Notes under the pieces: generated by a model
Databases searched by the model: none
What the model was told of the DNA's origin: nothing
What the model saw: only the letters and a program-made list of their open reading frames with translations
Translations under genes and position numbers: made by a program
Shown here: one piece after another, positions 10,251 to 21,169 of the stretch
Position numbering within the stretch: the first letter of the stretch is position 1
Layout of the letters: every line of letters begins with the position of its first letter
Assembly (NCBI GenBank): GCA_963703955.1
Contig: CAVPGK010000006.1
Location: 128,001 to 192,000 of the forward strand
Source of the DNA: Nitrospirota bacterium
Lineage (GTDB): Bacteria; Nitrospirota; Nitrospiria; Nitrospirales; Nitrospiraceae
Direction of reading: 5' to 3'
DNA: 64,000 nt

Positions 10251-11483
10251 ATGGCCTACCAGTCGTTCAAAAAAGCCGTCGAACAACAGCTAGCCGAGAT
10301 TCGCGCAACCGGCCTCTATAAGACCGAGCGACAGATCCTCGGGCCGCAGGGTTCCGAGATCAGGGTCGCTCAAGGGGAGGTCCTGAATCTGTGCGCCAAT
10401 AATTATTTGGGATTGGCCAACCATCCCGATGTGGTAAAGGCGGCGGCGGTAGGACTTCGTCAATACGGCTACGGCATGGCCTCGGTGCGATTCATTTGCG
10501 GGACGCAAGATCTTCACAAGAGACTGGAGCAGGACCTGACGACGTTCTTGGGAACAGGCGCCACCATTTTGTACAGCTCCTGTTTCGATGCGAATACCGG
10601 TCTCTTCGAGACCCTCCTTGATGAGCGGGATGCCGTTATCAGTGACGCCCTCAACCACGCCAGTTTGATCGATGGGATCCGTCTGTGTAAGGCCAAGCGA
10701 CTGCGCTATGCGCATTCCGACATGACACAATTGGAGGCCGCGCTGAAGGATGCAGGCGGGGCTCGGCTGCGGTTCATCGCGACAGACGGCGTCTTTTCGA
10801 TGGATGGAGACCTGGCCAGGCTGGATGCAATTGCAGACCTGGCCGACCGCTATGACGCCGTCGTCATGGTAGACGATAGTCATGCGACGGGTGTCCTGGG
10901 ACAATGCGGTCGAGGGACGCCGGACCATTTTGGCGTGGCGGATCGCATCGACCTCGTCACGAGCACGCTGGGAAAGGCCCTGGGCGGGGGTTCCGGTGGG
11001 TTCACCTCCGGTCGAGCCGAGCTCATCGAATTGTTGCGGCAGCGTTCGCGGCCCTACCTGTTCTCAAACTCGCTGCCGCCGGTGGTCGTGACCGCGTCGA
11101 TCCGAGCGTTGAAATTGGTCGCCCAGGGGGAAGCGCTACGCTCAACGCTGCGCGAGAATACCGAATTCTTTCGGTCGGAACTGACCAGGCTCGGCTTCAC
11201 CCTCGTTCCCCGGGAAGAGGCGCGCATTGGCGAACCTGGAGCGGGCGGGTATCATGTCTTGCATCCGATTATCCCCGTGATGCTGGGCGAGGCCTCGCTC
11301 GCGGCTCGGATGGCCGATCGGTTGCTTGATGAAGGAATCTATGTGATCGGATTCAGCTACCCGGTGGTGCCGAAGGGGCAAGCCCGTATCCGCGTGCAGA
11401 TATCGGCGGCCCACACCCGCCAGCAGCTTGAGCAGGCCGTACGGGCATTTGCAACTGTAGGGCGCGAGCTGAATGTGATTTAG
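10251..11483 (+). CDS. kbl: glycine C-acetyltransferase (2-amino-3-ketobutyrate CoA ligase)
   Basis: [40 protein letters not shown]. Confidence 0.95.
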   Translation: MAYQSFKKAVEQQLAEIRATGLYKTERQILGPQGSEIRVAQGEVLNLCANNYLGLANHPDVVKAAAVGLRQYGYGMASVRFICGTQDLHKRLEQDLTTFLGTGATILYSSCFDANTGLFETLLDERDAVISDALNHASLIDGIRLCKAKRLRYAHSDMTQLEAALKDAGGARLRFIATDGVFSMDGDLARLDAIADLADRYDAVVMVDDSHATGVLGQCGRGTPDHFGVADRIDLVTSTLGKALGGGSGGFTSGRAELIELLRQRSRPYLFSNSLPPVVVTASIRALKLVAQGEALRSTLRENTEFFRSELTRLGFTLVPREEARIGEPGAGGYHVLHPIIPVMLGEASLAARMADRLLDEGIYVIGFSYPVVPKGQARIRVQISAAHTRQQLEQAVRAFATVGRELNVI

Positions 11484-11538
11484 GCAAGAACTTCGTCAAG
11501 ACTGTGCGCTCCGATCTCTCCCCTCTCGCTTCGATTCA

Positions 11539-12567
11539 CTATTCCCGGATCTGTCTCGCTCTCCGTTGAAGGTACGCGTTACGGACCGAGCCATACAGGT
11601 CGATGGTCGCCTCCTCGACTCCTTGGAAGGTCTCCAGATTAAGAGCCCGTTCGTTGACGATCTCACCGACCCGCGTTCCGAACTGTGCAAAAAACGTGGT
11701 CCACCGATCGGTATGGTCGATCAGAGAAGGCGCTCCATCAATTTCTATCGACGGGAAGACCAGGTAGTTAATGGGATCGAGGAAGATGTCACCGGCATAG
11801 CCAATGACATCTCGAAGCGTAAAGGGAGGCAGGAACGGCAGAATGAGATAGGGACCGGGCTTGAATCCGTACACCCCCAATGTCTGACCCAGGTCTTCGT
11901 CCGGCGTCTGCATACCGAATACGTCATAAGCGAAATCCATGAATCCGGCGACACCCAAGGTGCTGTTGACCAAGAAGCGACCCATCTCTAACCCAGCCCC
12001 TCTTATTTTTCCCTGGAAGAGGTTGTTCATCAAGCGCGGAACGAACCGAACATTGTGAAAGAAGTTTCGAATACCGCGTTGGGCCGCATCGGGCATGACC
12101 TTGTCGTAGGCGGTGGCCACGGGCTTGAGCAGGTACTTGTCCACCTTCAGATTGAACTCAAACATGGCGGAGTTGTACGGTTCCCACGGATCATATTCTT
12201 CCGCGGCTGCCGTACGACGGTCTTCGTCGGTTTCGAAGGGATCGTACGGCTCTTCGACCCCTTCGATTACCTCGGTCTTTCGACCCGGCTTCTGGGGTTG
12301 GGGGGGTTCCTTTGGCTTCTTGTCCGAGGGCGGCTCGGCCTCAGCGACCCTTATCGGAACTATCTCCAGGCCGGGTGAGCTGACGGGAGAGAGCGCATCT
12401 GGAGCCTGAGCCGATTCGTCGACGAAACTGTCGCTCGTCGGTTCCAGGGAGAGGGGTGATGCGACAAGCCCGATCCCGTGATCAGGAGTATTGGCACAGC
12501 CCACGATCCCATAGATCAGAAAAGCGACAAGTATCCAGCGCACCACCCCGCTTCTATCTCGATCCAA
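11539..12567 (-). CDS. mlaA: VacJ/MlaA lipoprotein
   Basis: Lipobox VGC; DPWEPYN, RFLVNSTLG, EDLGQTLG, GPYLILP. Confidence 0.92.
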   Translation of the reverse strand: MDRDRSGVVRWILVAFLIYGIVGCANTPDHGIGLVASPLSLEPTSDSFVDESAQAPDALSPVSSPGLEIVPIRVAEAEPPSDKKPKEPPQPQKPGRKTEVIEGVEEPYDPFETDEDRRTAAAEEYDPWEPYNSAMFEFNLKVDKYLLKPVATAYDKVMPDAAQRGIRNFFHNVRFVPRLMNNLFQGKIRGAGLEMGRFLVNSTLGVAGFMDFAYDVFGMQTPDEDLGQTLGVYGFKPGPYLILPFLPPFTLRDVIGYAGDIFLDPINYLVFPSIEIDGAPSLIDHTDRWTTFFAQFGTRVGEIVNERALNLETFQGVEEATIDLYGSVRNAYLQRRARQIRE

Positions 12568-12781
12568 GTGTCTGCTCCTTCCCCTCGGGTGTCATGATGA
12601 ACCCTCGATTCATCCGTCCGTGCGCAATGTCGGCGCACTTTACCAGAATGTTGTTGCGAGGGCCACCACCTGATACCCTTGAAGCCTCAGAAAAAGTGAA
12701 AGAAAGGAAGATTGTGTTTGGCGGCACGGATCGTTCCCGGTCATACGAGAACCCGCAACACTCCGCGAAGGAGACGTGAAC

Positions 12782-13885
12782 CTAGAGCGAGGCTTGGATG
12801 GCTTTCCAATCCAGCTCAATCGGCGCCGGCGCTAGCGGAGGCAATGCGGCGGCGCAGGACATCAAACGCTCCGCACGAGCGGCGCTCATAGGGTGGGTTG
12901 AGAGCAGGTCAACCTGGTGGGGATCGGTTTGCGATAAGCGTTCGAAGAATCGAATCATGCCGGACGGAGAGATACGCGCGCGATAGAGGAGATCAAGGCC
13001 CGCCAAGTCGGCTTCGGTTTCCATACGGCGGCTAAAGGTCAAGCTGGTCAATTGAACGCCCAATCGCTCCATCACTCCGATGACGCCTTCCTGATCGCCT
13101 AGAACAATTTTCACCACCGCCAGCATTCCGAGATTTTTCACCGTTGCGTGCAGGCCGTGCCGCAGCAGCACATGGTTCATCTCATGCGCGAGAACACCGG
13201 CGACTTCTTCAGGAGTCTCGGCTTCCTTGACCAAACCGGAGAAGACAACGATGGGGCCTCCCGGCAAGGCAACGGCATTCACCATCTCGCTACGAACCAG
13301 TGTCACGTCAAACCGATAGGGACTGTTGGGGATCTGATCGGTCAGCCGGCGGACGATCTCGTGAATCGCTGTCACGGCAGCCCCATCCTTCACCACCGTT
13401 TTCCCCGCGAGGACATCCTGGCGAGCCGATCCACCGATCTGCTGTTCCCACGTCACGGGAATGCGATTCACGGCCACTCCGACCAGCTCATCGAAACTGA
13501 ACCAGATGATGATAGGCAGCGCGATGCCCGAAACCGCCGTCCCCCACAGAAAAACGCTCCGCCTGAGTTGAACGCGGCGCACCTGTTTCGCCGTGTGCTC
13601 AAGCGTTCCGACCAACTCGGGAGGGGCAAATTCGCGAAAAGATCGGATCAGTGCCGGATCTTTAACATAGACCGTTCGATCCGCTCCGTCGTCCATCCAT
13701 TTCAGCAGAAGCTGATCGTGGTCGAACCCGCCCGCTCCGATCGACAGCGCGCCAAAGGGAATCGTGTCATACGAGGAATCGGGGAATTGAATGGTGAGAC
13801 CAGCAGATGCGAGATCGATATGGCAGGGTGCCCCCGAAGCAGGAAGATCGCGGCCGAAGCACAGCGCATTCGGGGTGATAGGCAT
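12782..13885 (-). CDS. M48 family metallopeptidase
   Basis: NAVALPGG, HEMNH, ETEAD, STHP; start placed at MPITPNAL because the longer ORF overlaps the next gene. Confidence 0.88.
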   Translation of the reverse strand: MPITPNALCFGRDLPASGAPCHIDLASAGLTIQFPDSSYDTIPFGALSIGAGGFDHDQLLLKWMDDGADRTVYVKDPALIRSFREFAPPELVGTLEHTAKQVRRVQLRRSVFLWGTAVSGIALPIIIWFSFDELVGVAVNRIPVTWEQQIGGSARQDVLAGKTVVKDGAAVTAIHEIVRRLTDQIPNSPYRFDVTLVRSEMVNAVALPGGPIVVFSGLVKEAETPEEVAGVLAHEMNHVLLRHGLHATVKNLGMLAVVKIVLGDQEGVIGVMERLGVQLTSLTFSRRMETEADLAGLDLLYRARISPSGMIRFFERLSQTDPHQVDLLSTHPMSAARAERLMSCAAALPPLAPAPIELDWKAIQASL

Positions 13886-14015
13886 TACAGCAGGAAGCTC
13901 ATATTTGCGCACGCCCGCGAGTCGGTGAGCGGGTAGTGTCTTCGTGAGGCGGCAGGGTCTCTCGTTGAGGATTTTTTCGACCCCAGAACAAAGTTGGAGG
14001 TCTTTTTCACCATCC

Positions 14016-14699
14016 TCATTCGGAGACAGGGAGGAATTGGCGTATCCACGACCCAAACCCGCCAGGATTGCGAGTCTGGAGGTAAACCACTCCGGGGCCG
14101 CGGAACCGGCAAACGAACCCTTCGCCAGAGGTCAGGCTGGCAATCCACCCGGCGGCAGCCTTCTCAATGCTGTATGTCGTCGTGCTGGTCCAGGCCACCA
14201 AGTGACTGTTGTCCACGATGTACTCCTGGTCCGGTTTGAGATCGATGGAATGAATCGCACCGAAGCTGTTGAGGATCAATTGACCGCGCCCACTGATCCT
14301 CAGGATGAAAAAGCCTTCGCCGCCGAGAAGCCCTCGGCTGAGACTCTGCATTCGGCTCTCGATCTTGATTCCGTCGGCGCCGGCCAAAAACCCGTCTTTC
14401 TGAACCAAGTACTCGTTCACTCCGTCAAGTTCGAGAATGACAATGTCCCCGGGAACCGTGGGCGCGAGCAACACCTCTCCAGGACCTCGGGTCGCTCGTA
14501 ACGTCTGAAAGAAGAATTTCTCACCGGTGAGCACCTTGCGAGAGAGGGCGCCCAGTAACCCACCCTCCATCTTGCTTTCTACATCAATGGTAGGCGATGA
14601 GGCGACCATCGCGCCCGACTCGGCCTTCACATTTTCTCCTGCCGCCAGATCGATGCGCACCATCGGAAACGCCCCAGGGTACAGAATTTCACTTTTCAT
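14016..14699 (-). CDS. TIGR00266/AIM24 family protein
   Basis: KAESGAMV, GGEGFF, VDNSHLVAW, SGEGFVCRFRGPG. Confidence 0.9.
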   Translation of the reverse strand: MKSEILYPGAFPMVRIDLAAGENVKAESGAMVASSPTIDVESKMEGGLLGALSRKVLTGEKFFFQTLRATRGPGEVLLAPTVPGDIVILELDGVNEYLVQKDGFLAGADGIKIESRMQSLSRGLLGGEGFFILRISGRGQLILNSFGAIHSIDLKPDQEYIVDNSHLVAWTSTTTYSIEKAAAGWIASLTSGEGFVCRFRGPGVVYLQTRNPGGFGSWIRQFLPVSE

Positions 14700-15094
14700 T
14701 CAATGCGTCTCCCATCATGGAACACGCGGCTAGCAGTATAACGCCGGCAGCCATACATCATCATCGCATGGTGGCAAAACCGCAGCCGGTCGCCCTTGCC
14801 AACCAGCCCCCTCACCCCGCTACCCATCCATAGATTAGGCAAGGCGAGTACCGCCTAGAATTGCCATTTCCATAACGTATTGTTCTGTTGAGGATTCGCC
14901 TCGCCTCTCATGTTATCCTGTCCGCCTAGTATTGTCTATTTGTAGGAAGTTCGTTAGCTATCCGTTAGCTACCGAAAGCTTACGTTTCTGTCTGTTTGCG
15001 CCGCAATTCAATCTGGGTACAGAGTGCTGAAACTGGGCTGCTGCCGGTTTCAAAGACACCGAGTTAGGTGTATGGATGAAACCGGAGGTGAGCC

Positions 15095-15385
15095 ATGGAG
15101 CGACGAAAGTTTACGCGGGAGTTCAAAGTTGAGGCGGTGAAGCTGATTAGGGAACGCGGGGTGACGGTGGCGCAAGCCGCACGCGATTTGGGCGTGCATG
15201 GCACGGTGTTGCGGCGATGGGTGCAGGAGTGTGCAGCCGATCCGCAGCAGGCCTTTCCGGGCCAGGGGCAGATGAAACCCGAGCAGGCGGAGCTCGCGCG
15301 GCTCCGCCGTGAAGTCCTCAAGCTGAAGGCGGAGCGCGACATCTTAAAAAAAGCCGCGGCCTACTTCGCGAAGGAGGCGCTGTGA
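15095..15385 (+). CDS. IS3 transposase OrfA
   Basis: RRKFTREFKVEAV HTH; A7G slippery site near 15346. Confidence 0.92.
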   Translation: MERRKFTREFKVEAVKLIRERGVTVAQAARDLGVHGTVLRRWVQECAADPQQAFPGQGQMKPEQAELARLRREVLKLKAERDILKKAAAYFAKEAL

Positions 15386-16247
15386 CGTTCGCCTTCATCG
15401 CGAAGCACCGGGGAATTTGGCCGGCGGGATGGTTGTGTGAGGCGCTCGGTGTCTCGCGGGAGGCTTCTATGCCTGGCGGACCCGGCCGCCGAGTGTCCGG
15501 GCGCGGGCCGATGAGCAGTTGCTGATCAGAGTGCGGGCCAGCTTCCTCACCAGCGATCGCACCTACGGCGCTCGGCGTGTCTGGCACGACCTGCTCGTGG
15601 AGGGAATCGCCTGTGGCCTCCATCGCATTGAGCGGCTGATGCGGCACGCCGCCTTGCGCGCACGTCCAGACGGCGACGGATGCCGATCGACACCGGGGTG
15701 CGCTCGACGAACGCCCTGGCGCCGAATGTGCTCAACCGGACGTTCGACGCCTCGTCGGCGAACCGCAAATGGGTCGCGGACTTCACCTATCTCTGGACCG
15801 CCGAAGGCTGGCTCTACGTCGCCGCGGTCGTCGATCTCTTCTCGCGACGGGTGGTCGGCTGGTCCATGAGTGCGACGATGACCGCGCAGCTCGTCACCGA
15901 TGCGCTCGTGATGGCGATCTGGCGGCGGGGGAAGCCCGAGACCGGGCTGCATCACTCCGATCGAGGCAGCCAGTACACGAGTGAGCCGTTCCAGCGGCTC
16001 CTGGCCGACCACGGCGTCACCTGTAGCATGAGCCGGGCCGGCAACGTCTGGGACAATGCGGCGATGGAGAGCTTCTTCTCCTCGCTGAAAACCGAACGCA
16101 CGGCAGCGTAAGACGTACCGCACGCGAGCCCAGGCCAAGGCCGACGTGTTCGATTACATCGAACGTTTCTACAATCCGACGCGGCGGCACTCCACGCTCG
16201 GGTATCTCAGTCCGATGGAGTTCGAAATGAAGGCCGGATTAGCGTAA
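15382..16247 (+). pseudogene. IS3 transposase OrfB with extra frameshifts
   Basis: WVADFTY, HHSDRGSQY, DNAAMESFF split over several frames. Confidence 0.85.
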
Positions 16248-17432
16248 GCGGGTGTCCACCAAACCGGCAGCAGCCCAAACTTGAGTCCGGAGTATGATAC
16301 CTAAATCATCGTCCGGACCAAATTTCGGCGTGTAGAGTGACATGACTCTATCAGTCTTTAACAATTCTGATAAAGCTCGCTTTGCGGATTGTTTGTGGAA
16401 AACGCCATAAGTAGAGCCACCGTTTCGATTGAGTAGGGAGAAACACGGTATATCAGTTAAGCCGTCTCCAGCATAGATCATGTTTTTGAGAGGAATTCTT
16501 CGTTTATCTTCTTTGACGTCCTTGTTAACAGCCAATGGGTTTTTCTTCGCATCTTCTGGTCTAATACCTTTATTGATTTCAAAGAGAAACCGCGTCTTTT
16601 CGGTAAAGGTTATGCACCGTTTTATATGTTTCAACATTCCATCTTCCGTGTCTCCTACCAATTGACACCCATACACAGCGCTAAAGTTTTTACCGACCAG
16701 TTCACATCCTTCCACGATTTCCTGCAATCCGCCAGAAATGATATAGAATTCAATCGATATGTCTGGGAATTCCTTCACCAGATTTCGAAGATCATCAAAA
16801 AATGTATCGAGTCCTTGGAAGAATAGCGGATCTAGTTTTCTACTGAAGCCGCGTAATTTTTGATTTGTGAGTGCCCCGAGTGGCTTATTGGGGCCGATGT
16901 TGTCGAGGACAAGTTTGAGGTAAGCATGGGCGGGATCGAAGCCGGTGGCTACTAGTGCCGCAACATCATTGGTCCAGAACTTCTTCGCATCAATACCATG
17001 TTCTTCGAGCAGTTTCGTTGTTGAATCAGGCACCAGGGTATCATCGAAGTCAAAGATCAGACCCAAGATCTCATGCGAACTACTCATGCGGGGCTAGGCA
17101 GGAGCTGCAAAGAGAGATTGATTAGAGCTGCTTAGAAGGCCGAATTGACTGAACTTTAGCTAGCTTTTTCGAAAAGGTGAGGAGCTTGGTCGTTGCCTGC
17201 CTTAAGACGTTTCTCTCCTGAACATGCATGGGAGGAACTGCACGCGTTTGGCGATCAGCGGCGATTGAGCGAGATTTTGTCATAATGACCCTTCTTAAGG
17301 AATTCAACAGGCTTGTTTGATACAGAGGCGACTTTATTTAATCCTTTTGCGTGAGAAAGTCAATTCCGTGTGAGCATGGTCTCATCCTTCTCTAGTCTAC
17401 ATTTTGATGTTTGTTTGATGCGTCACGGGACG

Positions 17433-17580
17433 CTATCCATGGAGCAGCGCCCCCAGCTTCGCCGCCGCTTCCTGCTGCCTACTGGGGAGCACGTGCGCGT
17501 AGACATCCATCGTGATCGTAATCGATTGGTGTCCCAGCCGTTCCTGCACGACCTTGGGCGGCACGCCCGGTGGGCACGTT
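17433..17580 (-). pseudogene. tyrosine integrase C-terminal remnant, fused in frame to a lipoprotein-like ORF
   Basis: GVPPKVVQERLGHQSITITMDVYAH; upstream part has LLLIPGC lipobox. Confidence 0.8.
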
Positions 17581-18491
17581 CTATTTGCTTTGTACCGAGC
17601 TTGGGCGACTACTTCATGTGGCGTCGTGACCGCGTGCTCCGGTCCCTCGGTTTGTACATAGCCTCTCGACATCATGCACTCGCGATAGACCTGCTCCGCT
17701 CGAAGGCGGGCGGCGACGCCCGTGCTTTTCATGTGTTGGAGCTTCGCTGCCGTTTCGGCCTTCTCTCGGCAGTCCGATGAATCCCGCTCCAGCGTCACTC
17801 CTGGACGGCCCCCCGACCATTTGATGTCCTCATAGCGGGCGGCACAGCCGGGAATGAGAAGGAGTAGCGAGAACAGGATGAGCGGGTTCGTGACGGCACC
17901 CGAATCCGTCGGTCTCTTACCGCTCTTGCCTCTTCCGCTGCTTTCCGGCTCAAAGCGTTTGGGCATCGAGTTATGTTCTTTTAGCGTCCACAGGAACTGT
18001 GGACAACTCTGTGGAGAAGACTGGCTGTTGTCAGGCGTTGACCTACACCACTGCGGTAGTTGACACTTTGCCCAGGATTTAGGCATTGGGGATGAGGGCC
18101 ATCGTGGCCCCATATGTTGAGCAGCATGATGACAAGGGGGATGCCACCCCTCTCTTTAAGTCCGCGATGTCTTCCGCACGGAGTGATGCGGGGACCGATA
18201 GGAACACAAGGAGCGTCACGCCCAACAGAAAGACTACGGGGCGAGACACTTTCTCGACATCAGCGCCGTTTGACTAGTTTGCCCATCTGATAGTCCTGCG
18301 AGGGCGCTGGTGATTCTGAGCGATCCCCAAGGACTTGTCAATGTCTCGGAGGGTCGCTACCTTATCGGCCACGTTGATCAGGCATTCCCCATTGCAGAAT
18401 GCCTGCTCCAATAACGCATAGGCACTTCTCGATTGACTATGCCAACCGCATTGGTCAGTATCAATACCAACTTTCCACCTCACCGTTGTCC

Positions 18492-19739
18492 ATGGCGAAC
18501 CCTGAGCACCTTAGCCGTCTGATAAGCGATATAGCGATTTGGAACCAGTGGAGAGGGGACAACCCTGACATCCGGCCAGACCTCCAGGCGGCGGATCTCT
18601 GCGAGGCGGACCTCCGTGGGGCGTATCTCCACGCAGCGTACCTCCAGGCGGCGGACCTCCGCGAGGCGAACCTCCGTGGGGCGGACCTTACCGGGGCGCA
18701 CCTCAGCGGAGCGAACCTCCAGTATGCGCGCCTCTGCGAGGCGCACCTCAGCGGTGCGCACCTCAGCGGGGCGAACCTCCAGTATGCGAACCTTCAGAGT
18801 GTGACCCTCAGCGGGACGAACGTCAGCTGGGGCGAACCTCAGACGGGCGGACCTCAGCAGGGCCCACCTCAACAGGGTGGACCTCGGAGGGCCGACCTCA
18901 ACGGGGCGCACCTCCACAGGGCGAACCTCACCGAGGCGGACCTCGGCAGGGCCGACCTCGGGAGGGCCGACCTGAGCAAGGCGAACCTCAGTGGGGCGAA
19001 CCTCAGCGGGGCGAACCTCAGACGGGCGGACCTCAGCGACGGGGACCTCAGAGGGGCGGACTTGACCGCTGCTAGGCTTGAGCACGCAATCCTTATAGGT
19101 GCGACGTGCGATAAGGCTATCTTTACAGGGTGCCGAGTCCACGGCCTCTCTGCCTGGGACTTACGACTTGCGGACACACAGCAGACCAATCTCATTATTA
19201 CCGCGTGGGGAGAGCCCGAGATTATCGTTGACAGCCTCGAAGTAGCGCAGTTCATCTGCCTCCTTCTTAAGCAACGCATCAGTCATATCGATGTCACTAC
19301 CTCGAAGGTCGTGTTAATTCTCGGACGCTTTACGCCAGAGCGCACGGTGGTGCTCGAGGCTATCCGGGATCAGTTACGTCGGCGAGACTATCTTCCGGTT
19401 CTCTTCAACTTCGACAAGCCTAGGAGCCCGAGTACGCTTGAAACGATCAACACCCTGGCTGGCTTGGCGCGTTTTGTGATTGCCGACATAACGGATGAGA
19501 AAAGTGTCCTAGAAGAACTCACGATGATCGTCCAGCGCCGACCACTGTTGCCGATTCAGCCTGTACTGCTCGCATCTCAGGAGGAACCGGGCATGTTCGA
19601 TTTCTTTCGTGCCTTTCCATGGTTCTTGAACACTCTTCGATATCGTGAGCAGGAAGAGTTCCTCGAAATGCTCCAGGTCAACGTGATCCTTCCTGCCGAG
19701 GAGAAAGCCAAGGAACTGGCCTCTTCCCAGCGGAAATGA
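18492..19739 (+). CDS. pentapeptide-repeat protein with C-terminal globular domain
   Basis: MANPEH...WNQWR cap, A(D/N)Lxx repeats, KVVLILGRF domain. Confidence 0.9.
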   Translation: MANPEHLSRLISDIAIWNQWRGDNPDIRPDLQAADLCEADLRGAYLHAAYLQAADLREANLRGADLTGAHLSGANLQYARLCEAHLSGAHLSGANLQYANLQSVTLSGTNVSWGEPQTGGPQQGPPQQGGPRRADLNGAHLHRANLTEADLGRADLGRADLSKANLSGANLSGANLRRADLSDGDLRGADLTAARLEHAILIGATCDKAIFTGCRVHGLSAWDLRLADTQQTNLIITAWGEPEIIVDSLEVAQFICLLLKQRISHIDVTTSKVVLILGRFTPERTVVLEAIRDQLRRRDYLPVLFNFDKPRSPSTLETINTLAGLARFVIADITDEKSVLEELTMIVQRRPLLPIQPVLLASQEEPGMFDFFRAFPWFLNTLRYREQEEFLEMLQVNVILPAEEKAKELASSQRK

Positions 19740-19849
19740 TGGACTCTTACCTCAGTTCGCCGTCGGTGCTGACATAGTGTGCCTTTCGGCGTCTTCTACT
19801 TTTGACCTTAGCGTAAGTGTGTCATCGTGCGTGGAAGTAGCGACTACCT

Positions 19850-20093
19850 TCTCATGCGCGGGCGTATGGTCATCTGGATGACTTGAAGACGAGGATTTTC
19901 TCAATGGGTTGAACGATGACCATCACAGAGTCAGGGTCCATAAAGATCCCCACAGACCTGATCACTTCAGCATCCGAGTAACCGCCGAGGATGTTCCCAT
20001 TGATCCCTTTTGCCCTCTTGGTTGGCGAATGTCTCCACAATCTTCGTGGAACCCTTGACCATCTGGCCTATGCCCTTGCTTCGGCGGCCTAGG
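19850..20093 (+). pseudogene. remnant of a hypothetical protein
   Basis: Protein-like fragment LLVGECLHNLRGTLDHLAYALA with frameshifts upstream. Confidence 0.4.
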
Positions 20094-20224
20094 CCATCAT
20101 GAAATACTGTTTATTCCTTAGGAAGGGCAACTATCTTGACACTCTATTCAGAGAGGGATATAGCGTGTGCATTTAGATGTATAAGACCCTTAGGCGTAAT
20201 GACCATCACCGGGGGGGGTCTGCC

Positions 20225-20944
20225 ATGAACAAACGGCCCATATTACCTCAATTGGTGACTGCGATATTTGCAACATTCACAATGTTCACTTCAGTGCAAG
20301 CTGACTCCCTCATCTTCAACACCTCCGACAGCCCTTTTGTCCTGGGCCAGGATAACCAAGGGTGGTGGAATTCAGTAACCGGCCATACACAGAACGGCAA
20401 CTATATCGTGGGCGCTCAATCTCAAGCGAGCATCTTCCGAAACTTTTTCACCTTTGACTTATCTTCCCTTACCATCCCAGCCGCAGCGGCCACTCTTGAG
20501 ATACAGCGTTACGGTGCAAACTCATTTGATATGACCGAGACTCTTGGGTTGTTTGACGTGTCCACGTCTGCAGGTACCCTTAATGCCCTAGGGCCGGCTA
20601 ATGCAGCCATCTTCAATGACCTTGGGACCGGTACTAGCTATGGAGCCTTCGACGTGAGCACTGCTGGAAACCCCGCTGACATACTGAGTTTTCCTCTGAA
20701 TAGTGCGGCCGTCGCCGACATTAATGCTGCGGCGGGGGGCTTTTTCTCAATTGGCGGGTCCTTGACTAGTCTGAACGCCATTTTTGCTGGCGATGAAACG
20801 CTTTTTGGAGGGAGTGGCAGCTCAGGGGTGCAGCGCCTTGTGGTAGAAGCTGTCCCTGAACCCGCCACATGGCTCCTTCTTGGAACCGGAATTGGAGGGC
20901 TATGGTGGCGCAGAAGGAAAACCAAGGCTCCACATGAGGCGTGA
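20225..20944 (+). CDS. PEP-CTERM sorting-domain protein
   Basis: Signal peptide; VPEPATWLLLGTGIGGLWWRRRK. Confidence 0.92.
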   Translation: MNKRPILPQLVTAIFATFTMFTSVQADSLIFNTSDSPFVLGQDNQGWWNSVTGHTQNGNYIVGAQSQASIFRNFFTFDLSSLTIPAAAATLEIQRYGANSFDMTETLGLFDVSTSAGTLNALGPANAAIFNDLGTGTSYGAFDVSTAGNPADILSFPLNSAAVADINAAAGGFFSIGGSLTSLNAIFAGDETLFGGSGSSGVQRLVVEAVPEPATWLLLGTGIGGLWWRRRKTKAPHEA

Positions 20945-21169
20945 TTTTGGTGTCAAAGATTATTGGATGATGAAAAATGTGATTGATGTGAACCAAAAAA
21001 ATCACCCCTCCATCACCAGAAAAGTTTTCGCATCCGCCTCTCGCTCATTCGTCTCTCTGTTGATCGGATTGTCCGCTACGTATCTCACCCGCCCTCATCA
21101 GAAATGTTAGAGATTCGTTAGCTTTTTTCGGTTCGCCGGTTCTAACGCATTGATCTACTGGAGAGTCTC

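Larger units (their letters stand above)
15034..16277 (+). mobile_element. IS3 family insertion sequence
   Basis: Terminal IRs tgggctgctgccggttt / aaaccggcagcagccca; 3-bp target duplication aac. Confidence 0.95.
14980..17087 (-). pseudogene. HAD-superfamily hydrolase interrupted near C-terminus by IS3
   Basis: DFDDTL, ISGG, GDGLTDIPC; native tail VSALCTQIELRRKQTET* at 14980-15033. Confidence 0.85.

Noticed and set aside
18480..19142. EVRxA repeat protein on minus strand
   Set aside because: Antisense translation of the pentapeptide repeats.
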